A stretch of DNA of 63,825 nucleotides, the filler included, from Octopus bimaculoides (Eukaryota), in assembly GCF_001194135.2 (NCBI RefSeq). It is 8 parts of 8 records of this genome, joined end to end, with 100 filler letters (N's around TTAATTAATTAA, not from the genome) between each part and the next. Parts side by side here need not be neighbours in the genome. Positions count along the whole stretch, not along the records: positions 11,745 to 14,728 come from NW_026382676.1; positions 14,829 to 31,532 come from NC_069003.1; 6 more parts are not named here. The stretch is one strand, 5' to 3'. The number at the start of each line of letters is the position of its first letter. Position 1 is the first letter of the stretch. This document shows positions 12,371 to 25,598 of this stretch, one piece after another. The translations under genes and the position numbers were made by a program. The notes below the pieces were generated by a model, which was not told the DNA's origin, did not search any database, and was given only the letters and a program-made list of their open reading frames with translations.

Positions 12371-13012
12371 CAGGGTGATTGAAAAGTAACACCTTATTTT
12401 TAAATACTTATAAATTATTTATTAATAAGTTTTACAAAAATAAAAAAATGGATAAGAGAGGAAAGATTTTAGTATGAAGTTTTATTTAAAACTTGATATG
12501 GTCTCCAGATGTTGCCACCAGCTTCTTGTGTCGCCCAAGAATTGCATCAAATGATTTCACCAGGACCTCTTGTGGGGTGGAAGACATAACTTCTCGTATT
12601 CCCCTTCAAGTTCTTCCAAAGTCTTTGGTTTGGTACAGTAGACTTGAACCTTTGACCAACCCCATTCACGAACGACAACCCATTAACCCATTCACGAACG
12701 ACAAGAATACTTCTCGTATTCGCCCTTCAAGTTCTTCCAAAATCTTTGGTCTGGTACAGCAGACTTGTTCTTTTAACCAACCCCAAAGAAAGAAGTCAGA
12801 GTGATTCCTGGCTGACAGGTCATGCGGACCAGGACGACGCATCCATCTCCCGGGGAAGTGGGTATTCACCCATTAACGAACGACAAAGGCAATACGATTA
12901 CACATTAAATTCTCATACTTCGGAAAGCAAACAAAAAATTTGAGAAATAAATTACAATTAATAAATAATTTGTAAGTATTTTAAAATAGGAAGTTACTTT
13001 TCAATCACCCTG
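12371..13012 (-). mobile_element. Internally deleted Tc1/mariner element with TIRs and TA target sites
   Basis: TA|CAGGGTGATTGAAAAGTAAC...GTTACTTTTCAATCACCCTG|TA with ~50-bp imperfect TIRs. The minus frame FPGRW...DFFLWGWLKEQV...PKILEELEGRI is a mariner-type DDD C-terminus. Confidence 0.9.
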
Positions 13013-13165
13013 TATATAAACTCACAGCTCTTCGACTCCTAACTAGGTGCAACGCACAAAACTCTCGGATCTTGAGTCATTCTGTTACTTCTACTAAATA
13101 TTGATAAAATTATACGTATACTCATATTATTTTGAGTTCTATTTTTCCTATTTGAACCAGCATGG

Positions 13166-13203
<38 letters not shown>

Positions 13204-14016
13204 NNNNNNNNNNNNNNNNNNNNNNNNNNNNNNNNNNNNNNNNNNNNNNNNNNNNNNNNNNNNNNNNNNNNNNNNNNNNNNNNNNNNNNNNNNNNNNNNN
13301 NNNNNNNNNNNNNNNNNNNNNNNNNNNNNNNNNNNNNNNNNNNNNNNNNNNNNNNNNNNNNNNNNNNNNNNNNNNNNNNNNNNNNNNNNNNNNNNNNNNN
13401 NNNNNNNNNNNNNNNNNNNNNNNNNNNNNNNNNNNNNNNNNNNNNNNNNNNNNNNNNNNNNNNNNNNNNNNNNNNNNNNNNNNNNNNNNNNNNNNNNNNN
13501 NNNNNNNNNNNNNNNNNNNNNNNNNNNNNNNNNNNNNNNNNNNNNNNNNNNNNNNNNNNNNNNNNNNNNNNNNNNNNNNNNNNNNNNNNNNNNNNNNNNN
13601 NNNNNNNNNNNNNNNNNNNNNNNNNNNNNNNNNNNNNNNNNNNNNNNNNNNNNNNNNNNNNNNNNNNNNNNNNNNNNNNNNNNNNNNNNNNNNNNNNNNN
13701 NNNNNNNNNNNNNNNNNNNNNNNNNNNNNNNNNNNNNNNNNNNNNNNNNNNNNNNNNNNNNNNNNNNNNNNNNNNNNNNNNNNNNNNNNNNNNNNNNNNN
13801 NNNNNNNNNNNNNNNNNNNNNNNNNNNNNNNNNNNNNNNNNNNNNNNNNNNNNNNNNNNNNNNNNNNNNNNNNNNNNNNNNNNNNNNNNNNNNNNNNNNN
13901 NNNNNNNNNNNNNNNNNNNNNNNNNNNNNNNNNNNNNNNNNNNNNNNNNNNNNNNNNNNNNNNNNNNNNNNNNNNNNNNNNNNNNNNNNNNNNNNNNNNN
14001 NNNNNNNNNNNNNTAT

Positions 14017-14071
<55 letters not shown>

Positions 14072-14080
14072 TATACATAT

Positions 14081-14137
14081 ACGACGGGCTTCTTCCAGTT
14101 TCCGTCTACCAAATCCACTTACAAGGCTTTGTTCGGC
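14081..14137 (-). mobile_element. SINE family A fragment
   Basis: ACGACGGGCTTCTTCCAGTTTCCGTCTACCAAATCCACTTACAAGGCTTTG matches the family A head region. Confidence 0.75.
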
Positions 14138-14483
14138 ACATATTAAATGCAGTCAGAGTATCATTAGTTGGTTTGATTCCATCCTATATATACATTTCGT
14201 TTAGACATAGTGATGCTAACAGTCTGGTGTTCGAACTTAACGTACGTATGCCTTGGAATTAAGCGTTAGGGCAATACAGAGCGTGGAATAAAATGAAATA
14301 AATAACAACGGAGCAGAAAATTTATGCAATTAAATTCAATAGGGAGGAATAGTAACCATAGTAATGATCTATTTTGTTGCTGTTTGGGTTCCTCTTATCA
14401 AAGTGATAAGCGTGGAGACCTCAGTCTTTTAGTGAGATCGTTACTAGGTGGGAGTAGCATTTTGGAGTAAGTTTTCTTTGCGT

Positions 14484-14683
14484 TTTTATTTAAAGTTTGG
14501 TATGGGCTCCAGATGTCGCCACCAGCTTCAAGGAAGTTCCAGATTTCACCACCAGCCTCAAGGAAGTTCCAAAAGGCGCGCCTATAATTTTCATGAAATT
14601 GATGTACATCATGGCTTCAATTTCTAGCTCATGAAGTCCATCGTATAATTTTCTGCCCATTAACCATTTATTTAATTTCATAG

Positions 14684-14685
<2 letters not shown>
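14484..14685 (-). mobile_element. Tc1/mariner transposase C-terminal fragment with a ~29-bp tandem duplication
   Basis: Ends ...LVATSGAHTKL*, homologous to 12490-12530; CCACCAGC(T/C)TCAAGGAAGTTCCA occurs twice. Confidence 0.5.
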
Positions 14686-14728
<43 letters not shown>

Positions 14729-15034
14729 NNNNNNNNNNNNNNNNNNNNNNNNNNNNNNNNNNNNNNNNNNNNTTAATTAATTAANNNNNNNNNNNNNNNN
14801 NNNNNNNNNNNNNNNNNNNNNNNNNNNNGGTTGGTGGGTACCTGGGTTCTTTTGATAGGGTTGTAGTTATGTCTGTAAGTTCTGTTACTGTTGTTGTCAG
14901 GAGTCGGAGTGGTGCGTGTTTGATGTTTTCTTTGTTGCTGGTGAGGTGTGTGAATTTTAGGTATTTTTTAAAGATATGGGTTGCTTGTAAGGTGTTCGTT
15001 TTTAAACAATGTTTCATAATTGGTGAACCAGGTG

Positions 15035-15075
<41 letters not shown>

Positions 15076-15435
15076 CTTGGGCATTGCAAGACTAGTAACC
15101 TAATGTTGAACTCTATATATATGTTTCAGAATGAAGTGTAAGTTGAGTACAAAGCAGTAATAAGAAAGAACGATGACAAAGGAATAAACATAATAAACCT
15201 GACATAGTGATTTGGGATAGAGAAGCTATAAGATGCAGTGGATTCATATCTGAGTGCCTGAATAACAACTTGTTGCTTCATCAGAACCTTGAATATGAAG
15301 TACAATTTATTTAGGAAAGAATTACAATTGTGCCTATTTTGGGAATGGCATCAACAATGAGAAAGTCAATAAAGATGTGTGTAGGAAAAATGTATGGGCA
15401 AAAGGTAATTAGATGTATTAATGGAAATATATGTA

Positions 15436-16689
15436 CAGGGGTTGGACAAAATAATGGAAACACCTAGCATCATAACATCATAATCTTGAAATAGCCATAA
15501 AACCAGCTTGTTTATTTTTATGTTTTTGATTTATTCTTAGTGTTGCTTAATATGTTTTGCTAAAACTGCTGTTTCTTTTCAGATACCATCAGAAAAAGGT
15601 AATTAAAATTCATTAAAATGACAGATCTATCAGACTTTCAAAGAAGTCAAATTGTTGGTGCTCGTATAGTAGGTGCTAGTGTAATGAAAACAGTCGAAAT
15701 GTTTGGTGTATCAAGAAGTACTGTCTCGAAAGTAATGACAGCCTTTGAGAACCCAGTTTTCATAAAAACTATTCACTGGGAGCTGCACAAAGCCGGATTT
15801 CAGGGGAGGGCTACAATCAGAAAACCACTACTTTCAAAACANNNNNNNNNNNNNNNNNNNNNNNNNNNNNNNNNNNNNNNNNNNNNNNNNNNNNNNNNNN
15901 NNNNNNNNNNNNNNNNNNNNNNNNNNNNNNNNNNNNNNNNNNNNNNNNNNNNNNNNNNNNNNNNNNNNNNNNNNNNNNNNNNNNNNNNNNNNNNNNNNNN
16001 NNNNNNNNNNNNNNNNNNNNNNNNNNNNNNNNNNNNNNNNNNNNNNNNNNNNNNNNNNNNNNNNNNNNNNNNNNNNNNNNNNNNNNNNNNNNNNNNNNNN
16101 NNNNNNNNNNNNNNNNNNNNNNNNNNNNNNNNNNNNNNNNNNNNNNNNNNNNNNNNNNNNNNNNNNNNNNNNNNNNNNNNNNNNNNNNNNNNNNNNNNNN
16201 NNNNNNNNNNNNNNNNNNNNNNNNNNNNNNNNNNNNNNNNNNNNNNNNNNNNNNNNNNNNNNNNNNNNNNNNNNNNNNNNNNNNNNNNNNNNNNNNNNNN
16301 NNNNNNNNNNNNNNNNNNNNNNNNNNNNNNNNNTAATGCACCAATTCACACAGCTAAAGTTGTTACTGAATGGCACGAGGAACATTCTAGTAAAGTTGAA
16401 CATCTTATCTGGCCACCACAGTCCCCAGATCTCAATATTATTGAACATTTATGGTGTATTTTAGAAAAACAAGTAAGGAGTCAATATCTTCCACCATCAT
16501 CACTACAAGAACTGTAGACTGTTTTAGCTGAAGAATGGACAAAAATTCCTTTGGAAACAATTCAAACTTTGTACAAGTCCATACCTAATAGAATTCAAGC
16601 TGCAATTACTGCCAAAGGCGGTCCTACCCCATATTAAAATAAATTTGTTTGAAATTTTAAGGTGTTTCCATTATTTTGTCCAACCCCTG
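15436..16689 (+). mobile_element. Tc1 transposon with perfect 30-bp TIRs, TA TSD, and a transposase remnant (middle lost in an N gap)
   Basis: TA|CAGGGGTTGGACAAAATAATGGAAACACCT ... AGGTGTTTCCATTATTTTGTCCAACCCCTG|TA. ORF 15618-16517 has a paired-like HTH (MTDLSDFQRSQIVGA) and (D)NAPIH...WPPQSPDLNIIEHLW. It shows an apparent N-terminal deletion and a premature stop at 16515. Confidence 0.95.
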
Positions 16690-16920
16690 TATATATATAT
16701 GTACGGACACACTCTGAGGTAACTGCAGATACAGAAAGACACACATGCAAAACAAAACTTGCAGACATACACAGAGATGCACAGACACTGGGACATATGT
16801 ATATATGTATGTATGGACCCCCCACACACACACACACACATATACACACATGCACATAGACAGATATATATACATATACATATACATACCCATACATAGA
16901 CACATACATACATACATGCA

Positions 16921-16952
<32 letters not shown>

Positions 16953-17559
16953 ATATATATTCTCAAACATTTCCATTTATGTATATTTCCGCTTTTTCAT
17001 ATATTTTACATGCATCTATGCAAGAATGTGGGAATGGAAATATGGACTCCTGATTCCCCTACTTTTATTCATTTATTTATCTCTCTATATTTTCTCTATA
17101 TGCATATGTGTGTGTTTTTTTTTTGGGGGGGGGGTATGTATGAGTGTGTGTCTCTGTACCTGCATGTTTATACATGCATATGTCTTACATTTAACAAAAT
17201 GCAATGTGTATCCCATTGGTCATACTAAGGAAAGAAGAGTAGAACAACAAACGGAGTGAGAGTGGACGACAAACATAGATGTTAAAGCAGCCGAACAGTA
17301 TTCAGATATTTTGCTCTAAAGATGCTGATATAATGAAAATAAAACTGCAAATTTTTATCATAAACTGTATTTACTTTATCAGTTTCACACACACACACAC
17401 ACAAATATATATATATGAAATTAAATTTTAAACACTTTTGTTTTCAAAATATTATCATTCACATAACCTATATATAAATGTTACGTGAACAATAATATAT
17501 ATATTTTACTGAACCCACATTTGTTGTTCATGACCTTCAAACTTTGAGCCTCACAGAAG

Positions 17560-17830
17560 CAATGACTAGTGACTGAGACCTTTGGTAATGTGCTGTGCTT
17601 GAGAGAACCCATCAAGCCAAGTTCACCCATGCAGGTGGCATGTAAAGAACACCTTTTGAGCATTGGGCCTCATGGAGGCAAAGTAGCTGAGTTCCTTTCG
17701 AATGTTGGGCCTCACGGAAGCAATGCCTGAGACCTTTGGCATTATGTCATGCTTGAGAAGAAGACACGTCAAGCTGAGGAAAATCAGAGTTGTGGCAGAT
17801 ACCGGTGTAGTAATGTCAAACAGCCATATT
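17560..17830 (+). mobile_element. Internal repeat region of an RTE-tailed SINE family
   Basis: TGACTGAGACCTTTGG...GTGCTTGAGA...CAAGC, present as two internal copies and homologous to the minus-strand 23220-23310 segment. Confidence 0.55.
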
Positions 17831-19393
17831 GATGTGGTAATGAACATTACTTCTCAGTATAGTTACTACTTTCATATCTAATAGAGATTTTCTAACTAAC
17901 TTTTGCTTGTTGCAAGATCAGTGACTGATTGTTACTTGGTTTTCTATATATTGCAAGCTGGAGTGAATTCCTGCTATCTCTACTGAATTCTAGGTCTGAA
18001 ATTCTGAGGGTGACTCTATAAATCACAGCCCTTGAGAGGCAGGATCCTCTTAGTGGATAGTTGGTGGGGTTCAAGAGTTACATGTTGGGTTGTGGGTTAG
18101 AGGTTGTGTAGGTGTGTGCTTGCATCTGTTTTAACTTTGCTGTTAGAAGTGATGTTGTCTAAGCAAGAGTAACTGCTGCTACTTTGACATGAGAAGCTAA
18201 AATAACTATGGTATTTGTCCAGAGATAATATCTTTTATGAATATATGTGTTTAATAGCACAAATATATCAGGAGCAGATGAAAATTGTTCAGCAGCATTG
18301 GTGGAATAGCTAAGCACATATTTCTGCTTTTTGGGGTTTTGTCAGTAGCAAGTATCCATTGGCAACTGTATACTAAGACAAAATCTAACTTCAATGACAA
18401 AGGAAAACAGTGAAAAAGTCATAGATGTTGCAATTAACTGACCAGTTGACAGTATGTGCCAAAGAAGCAGTATTAAATTAAAATTGTCATCTATGTATCA
18501 TACTTAATGTAAATACATCATGGAAAGCTATTGGCAGAATCAAAAAAAAAAAGTATTCCACCCAATGAGGGATAAATAGCATTTAATATGAAGAGGATTG
18601 AAATTCAAGCTACTTTTAGTTTCATGTGTGAAAATACAATAATCTGTCAAGCTTGTATAGCATGCTGAGTGTTTCCAAGCAATCTTCCAGACTCAAATGT
18701 AGAACATGGCTGGTCTTTGAAAAAAAAAACATGAAAGGACAATGGTGTTTGAAAAAAATGAGAAAGGATGCTGGTCTTTGAGAAAACAGGAGAAAGGATG
18801 AGAGACAGGTAAAAGAAAAAAGTAGAATGAGAAAAAAGAAAAATAAGAAAATTAAGAGCTGTGTCCTCTTGGTTCATTCAATTCAGAATTAATGTTTGAT
18901 GTAAATTAATTCAACAGGGAAAAGGTCAGATTGTGAGGTTGCATGCTTAATCTGTATGCATAAAAGTCTAGAAATTGGTTGCTTTTATGTTAGATCCAAA
19001 AATATATATCAACAGACAAAGAGAAAAATGGTAGTAGAATCATTGCTTGATTCTATTGTTTTCCAAAGCAAAAAGAAGTCTTTTATTGATTCCAGTTTGC
19101 TGGTTTGCAGTCATGCCACACTGCTTTCCTTTTAGCAAGGAGTCGGGGTGAGTTTTACTCTTTTTCATGGCTGTTGAGAAGAAAGTTATGTGATTTACGG
19201 TCAAAAGGTCTGAAGAGGCTGAACTTTTCTTCTCAGATCAAGCCATCATCAACTTCTCCGAGTACTCAGTAAGTAAAATGAGGATAACGGTGGAGAGGGG
19301 GATACTGCCCTCTAGTGAATTTTATATGAGATGATGAGACTAAATGAACTGACGTTAACCACACAGATATGACAAAAACAGGAAGGCACTTGT

Positions 19394-19425
<32 letters not shown>

Positions 19426-20827
19426 TATCCAAATAATAACATAAAGAAATGCTTTAACACATTTTTAATGATTAGTTAGAATTGTTTCTATACCCACTCT
19501 GCTTACAACACCAGTTTTACTGTCGTAAAACCAGGATTTTCTACACCTGAAGAATTTCGATATTGTCTGGAATCTGACATTGTTGGTAGCCTAGGGCTCA
19601 GGTAGGATGCTTCACTGGAAATACCCTTTCATTATTCCCTACAACAACCTTTATATATATATATATATACACACACACAAAGTATGGGAGTTTAGTTCAC
19701 AGGTGATCTAAACGATTAGGTACACTAGGTAAGTGCTGTAACGGATTACTAGGGCTCCAAGGTTATAGCTGAGATGGTAGTTATGGGGCCTTTGCAGATT
19801 TCTGATGCAGCAGATATGTAATTGTTAAAGAGGACAACAAACATTAAGGCAAGGCAAACATCTCAAGCCATATACAATATTATTATTGGAAAAAATTCAA
19901 AGTCTTACAGCTGTTTCTTTTGAAGCACAGAAAACTGCCAGGAGTCTTGGTCCCTTGTCATCCCTTCTGTGAGTCCCAACGTTTGTAGATCCTTTCTCAC
20001 CACTTTGTCCCACATCTTCGTGAGTTTACCCCTACCACATGTTCCCTCTATAATTAAAGATTTTCAAGTGCCAAAATACACAAACTCACTACTGACCTTC
20101 ACACTGATAAAATGTCTAAAAGGAAAAAAAAACTACTTTAATTATTCCTAAAAAAAAGGTTAACAAACACAACAAAACAAAACAAAACAAAAACATATCA
20201 CTATGTACTATTTTTAGTTCAAGAAAAATTCCTTAACAAAAAATTCCTGAGCAAAAGCATCAGTTTCTACTATATTTACCATCCAGAAACGTATTAATTT
20301 AAGAACAAGCAGAAGAAAGTTCCATTCACCTTAGCTTATTGACAGAATAATTGCTAACACAATGTTTTAGGATCTCATCGCAAAACAGAGTTGTTCCAGT
20401 CTTAGGAAAATGGAGATAATTCTATTCAAAGTTCTTACTCCTTCTCCTCTTCTTCTTTTTCTTCTTTTTCTCTTCCTTCTTCTCCTCCATTTCTGCCATC
20501 ATACCACCTTTTCCTTCTTCCTCCACCACTGCTGTCACTGCTACCACCACCACCACCACATCTCCTCTTCTTCCCATGGAAGTTCAACTAGCTAATCCCG
20601 TGTCTAGCCAAAATTTTTCCCACTATGTTACTTTCTTTGTGTTCCATGACCAGTGACACCTAATCAGAAAGGTCAAATTTCTTGCAGTATATGGTAGAAA
20701 ATTGGTAGAACTATTAGAACATCAGATAACCTACTTTGTACTATTAGTATTACAATTCATTTCTTTGCATTCTGAGTTCATACTCAGCCAAGGTTTTCTT
20801 TACACATCATCTTTTTCTGGCTATCTT

Positions 20828-21042
20828 TTACTTCAGTCATTAGACTGCAGCCATGCTAGAGCACTGCCCTGAAGAATTTTTAGTCAGATGGTCAACCCCA
20901 GTACTATTTCATTTTTAAGCCTGGTACTTAGTCTATTGGTCTCTGTTGCTGAACCGCTAATTTACAGGGATATAAAAACACCAACACCAGTTATAAAGCA
21001 GTGGTGGGGGACAAACATTGATGCAAAGACATGCACATAAAA

Positions 21043-21119
<77 letters not shown>

Positions 21120-21203
21120 GCTTTTTTCGGTTTCCATCCAACAGATTCACTCACAAGGCTTTGGCCCACCTGGAGCTATAGTAGAGGATACTTGCCCGAG
21201 GTG
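20828..21203 (-). mobile_element. SINE family A (5'-truncated head, microsatellite, tail)
   Basis: Homologous to 360-758 and 25338-25805. Confidence 0.8.
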
Positions 21204-21759
21204 ATTTCTCATATATTCTTTCTTAGGTGGTAAAGATTTGTCCTTTAAAAATGTGTCCATAAAAACTTTCTCCACTTCAAGGATAATCCATCATAAGTAC
21301 TCCTAAATGAAAAGAATAATAGAGTATATAATAAGCAGAAAAAAAAGGGATTAAACTATCCAGGAAGATACCAATAAAGCATTAGGAACGAATATATGAA
21401 AAATCTTATTGATGAGACCAACTCACTTATTCATTGTATGAGTTGGTGTGCATACTACTTCGACAAGAAGAATGATTGTGATGGTCAATTTAATAATGAT
21501 CTAAATAGTATTAAACAAATATTTATGTCCTGAAGAATTCCATCTTATAACTTACTATTGGCTGATTTCAAAGATGAACTTTTGGAATATTGTTATGTGT
21601 TCATGTACTCGAGATATTTTCTTAGTTCACTTTGAATTTAACTAATTTTGGATCACTTTGAAAATGTTGTGTTAACATGTATTTTCAGATATATTAATTT
21701 GAATGATATTTTCTGTATCTAAATATGTTGATACAACAAACGGTTGTTGGCATTGTATG

Positions 21760-21922
21760 GTGAACTCAACAACTAAAGGAGAAAACATTTTTATGCTGGT
21801 CTTTGGAACATAAATTGACAGGGAATTTTGATGGGAGATTTTAATTTAGATCAGTTTAAAACATGAAGTTTATATCTTAGAACCAGGGGCAGTCTTGGGT
21901 GGGTTAGTATCAAAAGGGTTAA
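21760..21922 (-). mobile_element. Small non-autonomous DNA element with a TTAA|CCCTT terminus (piggyBac-like MITE fragment)
   Basis: Ends GGTTAGTATCAAAAGGGTTAA. Similar AAGGGTTAA termini occur at ~9657 and ~9802, and TTAACCCTTTTGA at ~30248. Confidence 0.45.
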
Positions 21923-22099
21923 CTGACATCCAGTTTCACATCACCTGGCACCTTCAGTTCTTTTAGTGAAGTCCACTCTGTTGCATGCACCCAGGCCAAG
22001 ACTCCAGTTTGTGGATACCTTCCTCCTTCTGTTCCTCTCACTGCTGATTTGATGCCTACATTTTCACAGATACGAAAGCAATCAATATCATGTGGGATG

Positions 22100-22304
22100 A
22101 AGGGGGCCAGCTGGTAGAATTGTTAACATGCCAGACAAAATACTTAGCAGCGTTTTGTCTGTCTTTATGTTCTGAGTTCAGACACTGCCAGGGTGGACTT
22201 TGCCATTCATCCTTTTGGGCTCAATAGAATAAGTACCAGTGGAGCACTGGGGTCAATGCAATTGACACCCAAAATTGCTGGCCTTGGGCCAAAATTTGAA
22301 ACCG
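22100..22304 (+). mobile_element. Nin/Deu-domain tRNA SINE with 15-bp TSD
   Basis: Central GGACTTTGCCATTCATCCTTTTGGGCTCAATAGAATAAGTACCAG resembles the Nin domain. Flanks are ATATCATGTGGGATG (22085-22099) and ATATTATGTGGGATG (22305-22319). Confidence 0.85.
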
Positions 22305-22369
22305 ATATTATGTGGGATGTTGCATTGTGTCAATTGAATATTCATACACAGACTTTTATATCTGTTATC

Positions 22370-22748
22370 TTTTGCTTGTTTCTGTCACAGGACTACCTGG
22401 AAGGTTTAGTTGAACAAGTTGACCCCAGTACTCATTGCTTTTTTTTAAACCTGATACTTATTTCATCAAACTCTTTTTGCTAAATTACTAAGTTATAGGG
22501 ACATAAACAAATGAACACCAGTTGTCAAGTGGTGGTGTCAGACAAACACAAACATAAAGACACACACACACACACGTTTGTATATATACAGGACAGGTTT
22601 CTTTTAGTTTCTAGCTATTGAATCCACTCACAAGGGTTTGGTTGGCCTGGAGCTATAGTAGAAAACGCTTTTCCGAGGTGCTAAGCAGTGGGGCTGAACC
22701 TGAAACCATGTAGTTGGGAAGTAAGCTTCTTACCAAAAGGCCTTGCCT
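22370..22748 (-). mobile_element. SINE family A, diverged copy
   Basis: Tail, CA microsatellite and head GGTTCAGCCCCACTGC/CCTCGGAAAAGCGTTTTCTACTATAGC are all recognisable. Confidence 0.75.
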
Positions 22749-22904
22749 TCACCTAAATAAACAGTTGAATATAAACAGATGTTAGGAATTACTCAAGGCA
22801 TATCTATTCCATTAATCATTTGGTTAGCTAAATTATGTTTCAAAAAAATTCAAAATATTCCTAATTTCTCTAATTACATAAATTCTATGATTACATGGTG
22901 TCAT

Positions 22905-23310
22905 CATCATCCTCATCATCATTTAACATCAGTCTTCCATGATGGCAAGTGTTAGACGATTTGACTGGAACTGATAAGCTGGACAGCTGCACTAGGCTCC
23001 AGTCTGTTTTGGCTTGGTTTCTACCGTTGGATGCCTTTCCTAATGCTAACCACTCCACAGAGTGTGCTAAGTGGCTTTTATGTGTCACTAGCATGGCTGC
23101 CTTTAACATGTTACTGGCACAGGTGCCCACTACATGGTTGCTTTTTATGCCACCAGCACAGGTGACTTTTACATATCACTGGTATGGATGCCTCACATGT
23201 GTCACTGACACAGGTAGCTTTCACTTGTCATTGGCACTGGCCACAACCACAACTTCACTTAGTTTGATGTGCCTTCTCGGGCACAGCAAATCACCAAAGT
23301 CTCAGTAAAC
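22905..23310 (-). mobile_element. RTE-tailed SINE ending in (GAT)n
   Basis: The minus strand has GTGGTTAGCATTAGGAAAGGCATCCAACGGTAGAAACC (RTE-type 3' tail block) and ends ...GTTAAATGATGATGAGGATGATGATG. Confidence 0.7.
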
Positions 23311-23404
23311 AAATCGCCAAAAGTCTCAGCGTATACAAAGATATTCAAAATTATTCTGGATGCTTTTATATGAGACTAAATTTATTGTAATAAATAAGCA
23401 ATGG

Positions 23405-23622
23405 AAGGCAGTGAGCTAGCAGATATGTTAGCATGCCAGGCGAAATACTTAGCAGCATTTCGTCTGTCTTTATGTTCTGAGTTCAAATTCTACCGAGGTC
23501 GACTTTGCGTTTTATCCTCTCAGGGTCGATAAATTAAGTACCAGTTGAATACTCAGGTCGATCTAATCGACTGGCCCCCACCTCCACAAAAAATTTCAGG
23601 CCTTGTGCCTAGAGCAGAAAAG
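23405..23622 (+). mobile_element. Nin/Deu-domain tRNA SINE with ~12-15-bp TSD
   Basis: GAGGTCGACTTTGCGTTTTATCCTCTCAGGGTCGATAAATTAAGTACCAG, flanked by AATAAATAAGCA at 23389-23400 and 23623-23634. Confidence 0.85.
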
Positions 23623-23671
23623 AATAAATAAGCACTGAATCTGTCAGCACACATATGCACACATGTGCACA

Positions 23672-23708
<37 letters not shown>

Positions 23709-24080
23709 GCGCACACACACACACACACACACACACATTACAAATTTTGTCATTATCCCCTCATGTCCNNNNNNNNNNNNNNNNNNNNNNNNNNNNNNNN
23801 NNNNNNNNNNNNNNNNNNNNNNNNNNNNNNNNNNNNNNNNNNNNNNNNNNNNNNNNNNNNNNNNNNNNNNNNNNNNNNNNNNNNNNNNNNNNNNNNNNNN
23901 NNNNNNNNNNNNNNNNNNNNNNNNNNNNNNNNNNNNNNNNNNNNNNNNNNNNNNNNNNNNNNNNNNNNNNNNNNNNNNNNNNNNNNNNNNNNNNNNNNNN
24001 NNNNNNNNNNNNNNNNNNNNNNNNNNNNNNNNNNNNNNNNNNNNNNNNNNNNNNNNNNNNNNNNNNNNNNNNNNNNNNNN

Positions 24081-24936
24081 GAAAAATGTTTCATGGCATT
24101 CAACAGACATCTTATTAATGGTAATTTATTAAGCATTTCCTAATTCTGCATTTCAATGGAAATTGTCTTGATTTGCTAAAACTTTTTATTTCAATCCATT
24201 GTTTTAATTCCCCAGCATTTCAGGCTGATTAGACGACTTCGGAATCTCCTGCAACTCTCCTGGATGGTCTCCTTGTTTAAGTTGGTGAATGCTACCATAA
24301 TCCTTGCCTTCAGTTCATCTTTGGTGTTACAAAGAGTTTTGTTGATCTCTTGCTCAACTGCACCCCGCACATAATAGTCAAGGGGGTTGCAGTCTGGGGA
24401 GCTAGGTGGCCAGATGTTAGGGGTGATGTAGTTGCAGAAATTATCTGACAACCATGACTGGGATTTCTTGCATGTGTGACATGGTGCAGAGTCGTGTTGC
24501 CAGACATAAAGTCTTCCAGCAGCCACCCTCTTGACCCAGGGCAGACCTACCTCCTCCAGGCACCTGATGTAAGCCTCCATGTTGATTCTGAAGCCATGTG
24601 GGAAGATGAATGAAGGTATAACATCATCATCACTAGTGATCATTCCAAATACCATGATATTGACAGGATGTTTGATACTTATCACTCTCAGTTTTGGGGA
24701 CACAGCAAGCCAATGGTTGTTCTGTGTGTTCATTATCTGTTTGTATTGGAATGCTAAGCAGTACAGCATGTCATTTCCAAATTTCTCGCAGAGTGAATTG
24801 TGTCATGGTGCTGTTTTTCTCACAGACAGTGCCCAACTGACCCTACTATTCTGTGTAGTCGAAAAAATCAAAAACAAACAATGCACATGCATGAAATTAA
24901 AGGTATAAAATGGTGACAATTTACCCATCGCACCCT
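24081..24936 (-). mobile_element. DD37D (maT-type) Tc1/mariner element, internally deleted
   Basis: TA|CAGGGTGCGATGGGTAAATTGTCACC terminus at ~24936. ORF 24191-24769 contains QHDSAPCH and SPDCNPLDY with 37 residues between the second and third catalytic D. Confidence 0.9.
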
Positions 24937-25337
24937 GTATTATTATTTGATAGTAGATAATCAAATGAATGGTTTATATGAATAATAAAACAAATGGTAG
25001 CTTACTGATAAAGGACGGTCACTTTCGCAGTCATCATTATTATCTGCTGAATGAGAGATGAAAGATGGATGATGCAAAAGTTTTTATTAATCAATACAAT
25101 TGATTTGACACATCTTGCATCGATCTCTCATGGGTGGGATACTTAACAACTGGCTCAAGAGATTCTGAAGGTGCAGATGTGTCCCTTCAGGTGATAAACA
25201 GATACAATTCATTAAAATAACAGTTCTGCAATGTATCTTCTCAGTTCTTGTGAAGAAAAGCAATAGTTTAAAGAATATAGCATCATTTATATAGAGGATC
25301 AATAATTAAATAACAGATGCAAAAAAGAAACCAACAT

Positions 25338-25507
25338 GCGTAGGAGTGGCTGTGTGGTAAGTAGCATGCTTACGATCCACATGGTTCCGGGTTCAGTTCC
25401 ACTGCGTGGCACCTTGGGCAAGTGTCTTCGACTATGGCCTTGGGCTGACCAAAGCCTTGTGAGTGGATTTGATAGACAGAAACTGAAAGAAGCCCGTCAT
25501 ATATATG

Positions 25508-25598
<91 letters not shown>

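Noticed and set aside
14829-15040. Minus-strand frame KHCLKTNTLQATHIF...RLLTTT as a Penelope RT-EN linker
   Set aside because: The similarity is too vague to support.
19507-19546. Possible minus-strand exon (xVENPGFTTVKLVx), and resemblance of the plus-strand PGFSTPEE to the 31372 peptide
   Set aside because: Weak polypyrimidine tract and opposite-strand similarity over only 22 nt; consistent with chance.
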